A stretch of 64,000 nt of DNA. It comes from Eledone cirrhosa (Eukaryota). The DNA lies in assembly GCA_964016885.1 (NCBI GenBank), contig OZ024743.1, positions 207,700,001 to 207,764,000 on the forward strand, in the 5' to 3' direction. The notes under the pieces were generated by a model. That model worked only from the letters and a program-made list of their open reading frames with translations, ran no database searches and was not told the origin of the DNA. A program made the translations under genes and the position numbers. Of this stretch, positions 26,155-40,478 are shown one piece after another (the stretch's first letter is position 1; each line of letters starts with the position of its first letter).

Positions 26155-28825
26155 CATCGTTTAACGTCCATGTTCCACGCTTGCATGGGTTTGGACGGGA
26201 GTTTTCCCACTTGAGGCAAGAGTGGTTGTCATTGCTCGCATAGGACTGTCTGGCAGGTTTTCTACAGCTGGATGCCCTTCCTGACACCAACCACATTTAC
26301 AGTGTGGGGCTGGGAGGTTTTTACCGTGTTGCCTACACGACAACATTACAACGTGGACTGTCTGGCGGGTTTTTTACAGCTGGATGCCCTTCCTAACACC
26401 AACCACATTTACAGTGTGGGGCTGGGAGGTTTTTACCGTGTTGCCTACACGGCCACATTACAGTGTGGACTGTGTTTTTTTTTGTCGTGACACCTACACG
26501 ATCTCATTTGTTTCGGCCTGGATGTTGTGGCACCAACATAACTTTACATTGAAAGGGGCGGTGTGGATGGGGTGGGGGTGGTGGGACGGGGACTGTATTT
26601 TGTTAGAGATGCCTACTGACTGTAGTAGGTTTTACTTTGTATTTAGGTAAGGCGGGTCTTCTCTATTACTGAGTACCGCCAAAGGTCTCGGTCCAGTGAC
26701 ATTGTCTTGGAGAGGTGTAAGTGTGTGAGGTTGGAATTTATCAGGTCGTCCCAGGTTTTTCTGGTTCTGCCTACTCCGTTGCTACCGTCTATCTTTATTG
26801 CCCCGCACTTTGCTATACAGCTGTCGTCTTTCATGCGCATCACGTGACCATACCAACGTAGCCTTCTCTCGAGTAAACAACATCTGATCCCTCTTATTTC
26901 TAATTTTTTCCTTAGTTCGCTTATGCTTTGCCGTTCACGTATGTTACTATTACACATCCAGCGGAGCATGCAAGCTTCGTTCCTCTCTAGTCTGCGTATA
27001 TCCTCTGCACACAATGCCCAGGTCTCACTGCCATGCAACATTGCTGTTCGTATGCAGGCATCATACAACCTGCCTTTCATTTTTAGGGAGAACCCTTTAG
27101 TGGCTAATAATGGTATAAGCTCTCTGAACTTTTCCATCCAGTTCTGACTCTAGCTACTGTACTTTCAGAGCACCCTCCCCCACTGCTGATTTTGTCACCC
27201 AGGTAACGGAAGCTGTCCACTATTTCTATAGAACCCTCTGCGCAATTGAAAGAGCTAGTATTTTGTGGGCACTTGCTGCTACTTATTGCACCAGAGCACC
27301 GGCCACATGTAAAATCTCTGTTCTTAATTAGCTTACCTGTGATCCCACTACATCTTTTATGTACCCATACTTTGCATTTGGGACATAAAATGGAGTTTCT
27401 ACCTACGCCTTTCCTACACACTGAGCATGGCCATTTCCCGGAAGGGACCGTCGCCTTATTTTCTTTCCTACAAACTAGAACTTTAGTCTTAGCCAGGTTA
27501 ATTTTAAGCCCTTTTGATTCTAGGCCGTGCTTCCATGTTTGGAATTTCTTCTCTAGTTCGGTCATTGATTCAGCTATGAGCGTTAGATCATCTGCGTATA
27601 GGAGTTCCCATGGGCAGCCGGTCTTGAACTCCACTGTTATAGCCTGAAGGGCAATAATAAATAGTAGGGCGCTAAGAACACAGCCCTGATGGACACCAAC
27701 TTTTACGCTAAACTCTTCACTATATTCGTTGTTAATTCTAACCTTACTGACTGTTTCTTTATACATGGCTTGTATAGCTCTCACAAGCCATTCGTCAACA
27801 CCTAGTTTTCTAAGAGACCACCAGATAATGGAACGGGGAACTCTGTCGAAGGCTTTCTCCAAGTCGACGAAAGCTAAGTATAGGGGTTTACTTTTAGCTA
27901 GGTACTTCTCCTGTAGTTGTCGTACAATGAAAAGAGCGTCTGTGGTACTTTTGCCTGACACAAACCCGAACTGCATTTCATCTAGATCAATTCTCTCTCT
28001 GATTAGTTGCGCTATTACTTTTTCCGTGACCTTCATGACCTGGTCGATTAATTTAATGCGTCTATAGTTACTCCTATCTAGGGCATCTCCTTTTCCCTTA
28101 TAGCAGTTAACGATGATGCTGCTACGCCAGTCCTTCGGAACAACCCCATTCTGTACGACTTGGTTAACTATCCGGGTGACCATGGTGTGTCCCACCGAAC
28201 CAGATGCCTTCAGCATCTCAGCAACTATTTCCGAAGGACCAGCCGCCTTACCCGTCTTCATATCTTTGATTGCCTTGCTTATTGTACTACCCTGGACTAA
28301 CACTGCTGGTCCCTCTATTGGGTCGATGTGGGGGAGACTGTCTTTCTCCCATTTGTTCTCCTCATTTAGAAGCCTTTCGTAGTGACACTTCCAAGCTACC
28401 TTCTTATCAGCATCGGTGATGGCACGTATGCCATCATCGTTAAGTACACACTTCTCCCCGACAATATCACGGTTTTCCTTGACACATTGCCTGGCAATCC
28501 TGAAGACCTCACTTTTTTGGTCCTCACGTTGTAGAACATGCTTGAACTTTCTTTCCTCTGCTTCCCTTCTTGCGAAGTACACTTGTCTCCTAGCTTCCCT
28601 CCTGGCCACTTCATAGTCTTTTCTACTTCCCCCATCCTGCCATACTTTCCAAGCCTGCTTTTTGGCCTTAATTGACTCCTCCACCTTACTGTTCCACCAC
28701 CATGTTACTCTCCTCCTACCTACAGGCCTGCTCCAACCACAGACTTCATCTGCCGCCGTCAGCAGGTTTGCTCTCAGGAATTCCCACTGTTCCTCTATAT
28801 TATACGACTCTAATTGCTCTTCCTA
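26155..28825 (-). mobile_element. RTE LINE, family R1, 2.7 kb with complete RT domain
   Basis: ORFs 27104-28684 and 26643-27137 (one frameshift); DLEKAFD, GVHQG, YADD; PHD-like finger. Confidence 0.95.
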
Positions 28826-28827
28826 TA

Positions 28828-28940
<113 letters not shown>

Positions 28941-28953
28941 GTATATATATATG

Positions 28954-28984
<31 letters not shown>

Positions 28985-29090
28985 GTATATATATATATGT
29001 ATATATATATATGTATATATATGTATATGTATATATATGTATATGTATATATATATATGTATATATATATATGTATATATATGTATATGT

Positions 29091-29136
<46 letters not shown>

Positions 29137-29209
29137 GTATATATATATATGTATATGTATATATATGTATATGTATATATATGTGTATATATATATATGT
29201 ATATATATG

Positions 29210-29290
<81 letters not shown>

Positions 29291-29291
29291 G

Positions 29292-29336
<45 letters not shown>

Positions 29337-29409
29337 GTATATATATATATGTATATATATATATATGTATATATATATATGTATATATATATATGTATAT
29401 ATATATATG

Positions 29410-29440
<31 letters not shown>

Positions 29441-29469
29441 GTATATATATATATGTATATATATATATG

Positions 29470-29596
<127 letters not shown>

Positions 29597-29639
29597 GTAT
29601 ACATGTATATGTATATATATGTATATGTATATGTATATG

Positions 29640-29671
<32 letters not shown>

Positions 29672-29915
29672 TGTATATGTGTATATATATATATGTATAT
29701 ATATATGTGTATATATGTATATATATATGTGTATATATGTATATATATATATGTATATGTGTATATGTGTATATATGTATATGTATATATATGTGTATAT
29801 GTATATATGTATATGTGTATATGTATATATATATATATATGTGTATATGTATATGTATATATATGTATATATGTATATGTATATATGTATATGTATATAT
29901 ATATGTATGTATATG

Positions 29916-29946
<31 letters not shown>

Positions 29947-29947
<1 letters not shown>

Positions 29948-30326
29948 AAGTCAATGACACACGACCGTGACTTCTGGCGTCACGCAGTAATACAGGGTAC
30001 CCGACCTCCCATGGGTACATGCTGAAGCATATAAACAATATGCCCCCCCCCCCCCACCGCAAGGTGGTCGTGGAGGTGCCACGGCAAAAAAGCACCCAGC
30101 CCACACTGTAAAGTGGACGTGTAGGCGCCACGAAAAAGCACCCAGCACTCACTGTAAATGAGGTTGGTGTTAGGAAGGGCATCCAGCTGTAGAAATCAAG
30201 CCAGATCAGTTCCTGTATGAGCAAGGCATGGTCAGCCGACCAGACACTGCCCACAACAGGACAACCCGTCTAACCCATGCTAGCGTGGAAGAACGGACGT
30301 AAAACGGTGATGATGATGATGATGAT
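29947..30326 (+). mobile_element. RTE family R2 3' end
   Basis: Matches 19427-19779 except for a 25-bp indel and poly-C length. Confidence 0.9.
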
Positions 30327-30339
30327 ATATATATATGTA

Positions 30340-30448
<109 letters not shown>

Positions 30449-30481
30449 ATATGTATATATATATATATATATGTATATGTA

Positions 30482-30544
<63 letters not shown>

Positions 30545-30553
30545 GTATATATG

Positions 30554-30585
<32 letters not shown>

Positions 30586-30586
30586 T

Positions 30587-30634
<48 letters not shown>

Positions 30635-30733
30635 GTATATATATATGTATATATGTATATGTATATGTATATATATATATGTATATATATATGTATATAT
30701 GTATATATATATGTATATATGTATATATATATG

Positions 30734-30812
<79 letters not shown>

Positions 30813-30821
30813 GTATATATG

Positions 30822-30871
<50 letters not shown>

Positions 30872-30879
30872 TGTATATA

Positions 30880-30931
<52 letters not shown>

Positions 30932-31078
30932 GTATATATATATGTATATGTATATATATATGTATATATATATATATATGTATATATATATGTATATATA
31001 TATGTATATATATGTATATATATATATGTATATATGTATATATATATGTATGTATATATATATGTATATATGTATATA

Positions 31079-31141
<63 letters not shown>

Positions 31142-31771
31142 GTATATATGTATATATATATGTATATATATACATATGTATATATATATGTATATATATA
31201 CATATGTATATATGTATATATATATGTATATATATACATATGTATATATGTATATATATATGTATATATACATATGTATATATGTATATATATATGTATA
31301 TATATACATATGTATATATGTATGTATATATGTATATATATATGTATATATATACATGTGTATATATGTATATATATGTGTATATATGTATATATATATG
31401 TATATATATACATATGTATATATGTATATATATATGTATATATATACATATGTATATATGTATATATATATGTATATATGTATATATATATGTATATATA
31501 TACATATGTATATATGTATATATATATGTATATATACATATGTATATATGTATATATATATGTATATATATACATATGTATATATGTATGTATATATGTA
31601 TATATATATGTATATATATACATGTGTATATATGTATATATATGTGTATATATGTATATATATATGTATATATATATATGTGTATACGTGTATATATGTA
31701 TATGTATATATGTATATGTATATATATGTATATGTATATATATATGTATATTTATTAAAATAACAGATTAA

Positions 31772-31822
31772 AGTTTAAGCAAAGAATCGCTGCTTTCACC
31801 CTTAACGGGATCTTCTGAAACT
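31772..31822 (-). ncRNA. Hammerhead-like fold in the 3' pseudo-LTR (U4A variant)
   Basis: Mirror image of 35055-35105. Confidence 0.55.
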
Positions 31823-32734
31823 AACAAAGTCAATCTGTAAACGCAGAACTGGATATTTCAAAAAACGTTGCAACCGGAGGAAGACAGGAAGACGATACTT
31901 TGGTTCGTGGAAACGTTCGCTGGCAAAGAATGGGAAAAAACAAATAATACGTCATTAATAGGAGCGGCGAAAAACAATTACGCGCAAAGACAGAACCACG
32001 TTTATGGTATAAAAGAGGTTGTAGACTAATGTTCTCTTAGGTGGTGCATAGAGACGTTCTCTGGCAATGAACGAAAAAACGAAGATAATAAGTCATATGT
32101 GGAGCGTGGAGAACAATAGCACGCAAAGACAAAACCACGTAAATGGTATTGCAGAAGTTGTAGACTAAAATTCTAACTAGGAGGCCAAATGAATCTCCGC
32201 TACAGAGTTAAGAACAAAGTAAATAAATACAATACAGAAGTAATAGAAACAAATAAATACATACACGCAAACAATTACGTACATACACATACATACGCAA
32301 AACCTTACCATAGGTATACAAAACCACGCACATATAAATATGTGTGTGTGTGTATGCTTGTGTACAAATAAATAAATAATTATATAAACGTATATAAGTA
32401 AATAAATAAGTATATAACAAGCACACACACATACCTACAAATAAATACGTAAGTCAACTAAGACAGGAAGTACACATATACACACACCCACCATACGTAC
32501 GAACCTGCATACTCACGCAGACGCAAAACTCCCGTATACACATAGCCAAACCCTAAATACCAGAATATGTAAAAATTATACGCCATAACAGTCAAATATA
32601 CGTACGAGAAGGTATACATACCTTCACAAAACATACGGGTAATATATACTTACCTATGCAAATAAGTAAAGGAATTAACAAGACATATACTTAGCTCCCA
32701 CATCAAGACGTTATATATCCACGTATAGATCGTG

Positions 32735-34739
32735 CTATCCGTTAGGGTATAACGTGGGGCTGTAATACAGGAAAGTTTTGTGCAATTTATGTTTACAAGC
32801 TGAGATTGCCTCAGATTTTTTGTTTAAGATGTGGTCTGTAGCGTAGAGTATTTCCAGGGCCTCAGCGGCTCAGAGGTCATATGGTCTTTTATTTCCGTAA
32901 TACGATCTAGCCCTAGCTAGGATCTCCCAGTGTAACTTATATTGGGTGTGGTTGTCTTTTAGACTCCAGATATAAGCTGAAAGTGACGTCATATTCCTTC
33001 TTAGAGGGTAACGAAAAGAATGGGTATGCATGTAAAGACGCTGCTTGAAACTATTGGTGGTTAACCCTATGTAGGCCCTATGGGACGTGGGTGTTACAAC
33101 CTTACATTTGTAGACAATGTTACTAGAGAGGCATTTCCCGTATAGGGGGCAATCAGCCCGATTCCTACAATTACAGTTAGTACTAACTACAGGGTTGCAC
33201 GTGTTCCTACGGCTAGGTAGTTTAGTTAAATTTGAAGCTGTGATGTTATGTGCAAGGTTAGGAGTCGTAGAGTAAGAAATTTTAATAGTATTTCTATTAA
33301 AAATTTTACTATATTTATGTGTAGGGGGAAATGCTTTGTAATAAGGGAAAGAAAGATCTTAGCTAATGGTGTGGCCACCTCCATATTATATGGTGGGTTA
33401 AACCAACAAATGCGACGGGATCTATTTCTACTAGGTCGATTTTCGTACTCTGTATATGCTACCTTATCGACAAATCCACTTCGAGCAAGAGCTTCATTGT
33501 AATAAGTGGAATGGTCGTTGAAAATGCGCTCGTTGGTGGAAAGACGAGAAAGCCTCAACGAAACGTTTTTTACCAGGTTCTTGGTTATGCTGGCAGGATG
33601 GTTGGAATGCTTACTTATGTAATTAAGCGTATCATTCGGCTTTCTATACGGGTAATACAACCCATTCAATAAATTGAGGGTAACGTCGAGGTAATTAACG
33701 ACCGAGAGATTGGCCTCAACCTGTATAGAGAGGTTGAAGCCTTTAAAGAAGGCTGCGAGTTCTTTTCTGAACCTGTCGCAAGCACGAGGTCCGCACTTAG
33801 TCATGGTCAAAAGACCATCGTCACGGTACAAACCACTGCCCACGTTGGGGAATTCGTCCTTGATAGAGAAAAGAAGGAAAAGGCCAATAAGATCAGTAAC
33901 CTCCGCAGAGTCACTGGCGCCCATACTCACGTCGAATGGAGTACTATTGGATTTTTTAATCCAAATAGAGTCGTCGAAATTAATCACCGACTTTCGGGCA
34001 TTAAGGATGACATCAACTTCGAAATCCTTAACCACTGTGAGTGTTTTAGCGAAATTGATAGCTCTAAGGAGAAGTGGTAAAGTGATGGAGGAGTAGTAAT
34101 TGTTGATGTCGAATTGGATAAAACGGCAATGTTCCTTGTTACATATGCCGTTGAACCAATCAATCACCGCGAAAGAATTGTTCCACAGTGCAAGAGGGGC
34201 CAAACTTCTAATTTCAGGTATAATTCTATCAAGAATCGTTTTACTAAGTCTACCTAAATCGGACTTCGTAGGGTTAATAAGCCGAATAGAGGGGTTGTTC
34301 GGAAAATTGGATTTGTGATCCTTCAGGGTAGTGGGGAGAGATAGGGTCCAGAGGTTTGGTCCGGTCCAGGATGTTGAGATCAGATGTGATTTTAAACCCA
34401 GCATCGTTGATTTCATTGATGACGCACCGATTATTTTTACGGTAATCCTTAGTTACAGCATTATGTAGTAGTTGATGGTAAGTACTGCGCTCCACTTGAT
34501 ATAGGTTGCCAGTTTTGTCGGAATGGACGTGCACGGCGTTAGAATCCTTAATAGAACGAATTCTATTCTTCAGGTCTTGCTGGAAGGAATTGCTACTATA
34601 CCAAAATTTGATACTCCGAATGAGTTCCAAGACATCATTTTCGAAGGGTAGCAATGCTGGGTTCCACGGAGGGTTATTATAGGTTTTAAATCCAAATTTA
34701 TCCTGTTTGTTGTCTGCTTTTCGCGGATTATCGAAATAA
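32735..34739 (-). pseudogene. PLE RT-GIY-YIG polyprotein, 5'-truncated, about 3 frameshifts
   Basis: CNCRNRADCPLYGKC..IVYKC..YIGLT..FKQR..YDL(TGA)AAE..LNKKSE..CKH, translated by hand from 33180-32735. Confidence 0.88.
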
Positions 34740-35054
34740 TGGTTTTGTCTTTGCGTGCTATTGTTCTCCACGCTCCACATATGACTTATTATCTTCGTTT
34801 TTTCGTTCATTGCCAGAGAACGTCTCTATGCACCACCTAAGAGAACATTAGTCTACGACCTCTTTTATACCATAAACGTGGTTCTGTCTTTGCGCGTAAT
34901 TGTTTTTCACCGCTTCTATTAATGACGTATTATTTGTTTTTTCCCATTCTTTGCCAGCGAACGTTTCCACGAACCAAAGTATCATCTTCCTGTCTTCCTC
35001 CGGTTGCAACGTTTTTTGAAATATCCAGTTCTGCGTTTACAGATTGACTTTGTT

Positions 35055-35105
35055 AGTTTCAGAAGATCCCGTTAAGGGTGAAAGCAGCGATTCTTTGCTT
35101 AAACT
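35055..35105 (+). ncRNA. Hammerhead-like fold in the inverted pseudo-LTR (U4A variant)
   Basis: AGTTT CAGAAGA t CCC gttaa GGG t GAA AGCAG cgattct TTGCT T AAACT; outer helix CAGATT/AATCTG. Confidence 0.55.
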
Positions 35106-35238
35106 TTAATCTGTTATTTTAATAAATATTTGCTCTACGGTTCTTATATATTTGATATATATTTTCCTTATCGAGCCCCCTTTAGATTTTAGTCTTCAAT
35201 TTTATTATTATTACTATATATATATGTATATATATGTG

Positions 35239-35269
<31 letters not shown>

Positions 35270-35308
35270 GTATATATATATGTATATATATATGTATATA
35301 TATATATG

Positions 35309-35341
<33 letters not shown>

Positions 35342-35444
35342 GTATATATATATGTATATATGTATATATATATGTATATATGTATATATATGTATATGTA
35401 TATATATGTATATATATATGTATATATATATGTATATATATATG

Positions 35445-35479
<35 letters not shown>

Positions 35480-35480
35480 G

Positions 35481-35511
<31 letters not shown>

Positions 35512-35830
35512 GTATATGTATATATATGTATATATATATGTATATATATATGTATATATATATATATGTATATGTATATATATGTATATATATATGTATA
35601 TATATGTATATATATATGTATATATATGTATATATATATGTATATATATATGTATATGTATATATATATGTATATGTATATATGTATATATATATGTATA
35701 TGTATATATATATGTATATATATATATATATGTATATATGTATATATATATATATATGTATATATGTATATATATATATATATGTATATATATATGTGTA
35801 TATATATATATATATGTATATATATATGTG

Positions 35831-35861
<31 letters not shown>

Positions 35862-35864
35862 GTG

Positions 35865-35950
<86 letters not shown>

Positions 35951-36094
35951 TGTGTATATATATATGTATATATGTATATATATATGTATATATGTATATA
36001 TATATGTATATATATATGTATATATATATGTATATATATATGTATATATGTATATATATATGTATATATATATGTATATATGTATATATATATG

Positions 36095-36145
<51 letters not shown>

Positions 36146-36174
36146 GTATATATATATATATGTATATATATATG

Positions 36175-36225
<51 letters not shown>

Positions 36226-36276
36226 GTATATATATATATGTATATATATATGTATATATATATGTATATATATATG

Positions 36277-36333
<57 letters not shown>

Positions 36334-36334
36334 G

Positions 36335-36375
<41 letters not shown>

Positions 36376-36416
36376 GTATATATATATGTATATATATATA
36401 TATGTATATATATATG

Positions 36417-36447
<31 letters not shown>

Positions 36448-36484
36448 GTATATATATATGTATATATATATGTATATATATATG

Positions 36485-36517
<33 letters not shown>

Positions 36518-36608
36518 GTATATATATATGTATATGTATATATATGTATATATATGTATATGTATATATATGTATATATATATGTATATATATATGTATA
36601 TATATATG

Positions 36609-36641
<33 letters not shown>

Positions 36642-36656
36642 GTATATATATATATG

Positions 36657-36687
<31 letters not shown>

Positions 36688-36736
36688 GTATATATATATG
36701 TATATATATATGTATATATATATGTATATATATATG

Positions 36737-36769
<33 letters not shown>

Positions 36770-36851
36770 GTATATATATATGTATATGTATATATATGTA
36801 TATGTATATGTATATATATATGTATATGTATATATATGTATATGTATATAT

Positions 36852-36939
<88 letters not shown>

Positions 36940-36973
36940 ATATATATATATGTATATATGTATATATATATAT

Positions 36974-38254
36974 ATCATCATCATCATCATCATCATCAAC
37001 GTTTAACGTCCGTGTTCCACGCTTGCATGGGTTTGGACGGGGGTAGTCCCACTTGAGGCAAGAGTGATTGTCTTGCTCGCATAGGACTGTCTGGCAGGTT
37101 TTCTACAGTTGGATGCCCTTCCTAACACCAACCACATTTACAGTGTGGGTCTGGGAGGTTTTTACCGTGTTGCCTACACGGCCACATTACAGCGTGGACT
37201 GTGTGTTTTTTTGTCGTGACACCTACACGATCTCATTTGTTTCGGCCTCGATGGCGCGGCACCAACATAACTTTACATAGAACGGGGTGGTGTGGATCGG
37301 GTGGGGGTGGTGGGACGGGGTGTATTTTGTTAGAGATGCCTACTGGCTGGAGTAGGTTTTACTATATATTTAGGTAAGGCGGGTCTTCTCTGTTACTGAG
37401 TACCGCCAAAGGTCTCGGTCCAGTGACATTGTCTTGGAGAGGTGTAAGTGTGTGATGTCGGAGTTTATCAGCTCGTCCCAGGTTTTTCTAGGTCTGCCTA
37501 TTCCGTGACTACCGTCTATCTTTATTGCCCTGCACTTTGTTATACAGCTATCGACTTTCATGCGCATCACGTGTCCATACCAACGTAGCCTTCTCTCGAG
37601 TAAACAACATCTGATCCCTCTTATCTCTAATTTATTCCTTAGTTCGTTTATGCTTTGCCGTTCACGTATATTACTGTTACACATCCAGCGGAGCATGCAA
37701 GCTTCGTTCCTCTCTAGTCTGCGTATATCCTCTGCACACAATGCCCAGGTCTCACTGCCATGCAGCATTGCTGTTCGTATGCAGGCATCGTACAACCTGC
37801 CTTTCATTTTTAGTGAGAACCCTTTAGCAGCTAATAGTGGTATAAGCTCTCTGAACTTTTTCCAACCAGTTCTGACTCTAGCTACAGTACTTTCAGAGCA
37901 CCCTCCCCCACTGCTGATTTTATCGCCCAGGTAACGGAAGCTGTCCACTATTTCTATAGAACCCTCTGCGCAATTGAAAGAGCTAGTAGTTTGTGGGCAC
38001 TTGCTGCTACTTATTGCACCAGAGCACCGGCCACATGTAAAATCTATGTTCTTAGTTAGCCTACCTGTGATCCCACTACATCTTTTATGCACCCATACTT
38101 TGCATTTAGGACATAAAATGGAGTTTCTACCTACGCCTTTCCTACACACCGAGCACGACCATTTCCCAGAAGGGACCGCCGCCTTGTTTTCTTTCCTACA
38201 AACTAGTACTTTGGTCTTAGCCAGGTTAATTTTAAGTCCTTTTGACTCTAGGCC

Positions 38255-38256
<2 letters not shown>
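36974..38256 (-). mobile_element. 5'-truncated RTE LINE, family R1
   Basis: Open RT C-terminus 37370-38256; (CAT)n on plus is the (GAT)n tail. Confidence 0.92.
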
Positions 38257-38297
<41 letters not shown>

Positions 38298-38313
38298 TAT
38301 ATATATATATATA

Positions 38314-38437
<124 letters not shown>

Positions 38438-38499
38438 TATATATATATATATATATGCATATATATATATATATATATGCATATATATATATATATATA

Positions 38500-38537
<38 letters not shown>

Positions 38538-38632
38538 TATATATATATATATATATGCATATATATATATATATATATATATATGCATATATATATATAT
38601 ATATATGCATATATATATATATATGTATATAT

Positions 38633-38939
38633 ATATTGTTATACTTTGGGAGGGTCATGTTGCCAATAAGAAACACACGCACCAGTTGCTTTCACTTCAA
38701 TTTATTATAATAAATTTATAAATTTAGGAATTTATAAATTTCTGGTTGGTTGGTTGTGGAACCAACTAACCAATCAGAAATTTATAAATTCCTAAATTTA
38801 TAAATTTATTATAATAAATTGAAGTGAAACAACTGGTGTGTGTGTTTCTTATTGGCAACATGACCCTCCCAAAGTATAACAATATCGGTTTCAACACACG
38901 TTTTCAGATAAATAATCTTGCTAAACAAATTCAGAAATG
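38633..38939. mobile_element. Asymmetric foldback element, family F1 (young copy)
   Basis: ~123-bp near-perfect arms (38633-38885), 4-nt loop, 54-bp right tail, inside a TA array. Confidence 0.75.
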
Positions 38940-39007
38940 TATATATATATATATGTATATATATATATGTATATATATATATATGTGTATATACATATAT
39001 ATACATA

Positions 39008-39207
39008 TTGCTTTATATTTGGAGATCTCTCTGCAATTGTCGTCACATGGTACCATGGGCCTAGCACTATGTGTCAATAATTGTCACAGGTGTAGTGTTT
39101 GTACCAGAGTTTTCAAGTCACTGGCTGGACTAAAAAGTCACACTCGTTTAGCACATCAGTAGGATATAAAGCAGTGGCCGTACTCGAAAATGAGTTGGCA
39201 GCCACCA
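39008..39207 (+). mobile_element. Bipartite RTE derivative, 3' fragment
   Basis: Homologous to 40862-41068. Confidence 0.7.
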
Positions 39208-39298
39208 TATATGTATCTATATATGTATATATATGTATGTATGTATATATATATATATATATGTATTTATATATGTATATGTATGTATATATGTATAT

Positions 39299-39901
39299 AC
39301 GTGATGCGCATGAAAGTCGATAGCTGTATAACAAAGTGCAGGGCAATAAAGATAGACGGTAGTCACGGAATAGGCAAACCCAGAAAAACCTGGGACGACC
39401 TCATAAATTCCGACCTCACACACTTACACCTCTCCAAGACAATGTCACTGGACCGAGACCTTTGGCGGTACTCAGTAACAGAGAAGACCCGCCTTACCTA
39501 AATATATAGTAAAACCTACTCCAGCCAGTAGGCATCTCTAACAAAATACACCCCGTCCCACCACCACCACCCCCACCCCATCCACACCACCCCGTTCTAT
39601 GTAAAGTTATGTTGGTGCCGCGCTATCCAGGCCGAAACAAATGAGATCGTGTAGGTGTCACGACAAAAAAACACACAGTCCACGCTGTAATGTGGCCGTG
39701 TAGGCAACACGGTAAAAACCTCCCAGACCCACACTGTAAATGTGGTTGGTGTTAGGAAGGGCATCCAACTGTAGAAAACCTGCCAGACAGTCCTATGCGA
39801 GCAAGACAATCACTCTTGCCTCAAGTGGGACTACCCCCGTCCAAACCCATGCAAGCGTGGAACACGGACGTTAAACGTTGATGATGATGATGATGATGAT
39901 G
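39299..39901 (+). mobile_element. RTE family R1 3' end
   Basis: Near-identical inverted counterpart of 36974-37572. Confidence 0.9.
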
Positions 39902-39913
39902 TATGTATATATG

Positions 39914-39948
<35 letters not shown>

Positions 39949-40478
39949 GTATGTATATATATATGTATGTATATATGTGTATATATGTATGTATGTATGT
40001 ATATATGTATGTATATATGTATGTATGTATATATGTATGTATGTATGTATGTATATATACGTATGTATGTATATGTATGTATGTATGTATGTATATGTAT
40101 GTATGTATGTATATATACGTATGTATGTGTATATATGTATGTATGTGTATATATGTATGTATGTGTATATATGTATGTATGTATATATATGTATGTATGT
40201 ATATATATGTATGTATGTATATATATGTATGTATGTATATATATGTATGTATGTATATATATATATATGTATGTATATATATATATATGTATGTATATAT
40301 ATATATATATGTATGTATATATATATGTATGTGTATATATATATGTATGTATGTGTATGTATGTATGTATGTGTATATATGTATGTATGTATGTGTATAT
40401 ATGTATGTATGTATGTGTATATATGTATGTATGTATGTGTATATATATGTATGTATGTATATATATATGTATGTATGT

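Larger units (their letters stand above)
31748..35214 (-). mobile_element. Penelope-like element (Naiad-type) with inverted pseudo-LTR
   Basis: RT (FDI, MGA, YRDDG, YLDV) plus GIY-YIG endonuclease; 390-bp inverted repeats 31748-32137 / 34740-35129 plus 85-bp tail. Confidence 0.92.

Noticed and set aside
34740-34810. N-terminus of ORF 34274-34810 as the PLE start
   Set aside because: It lies in the inverted pseudo-LTR copy; the element body is 5'-truncated at 34739.
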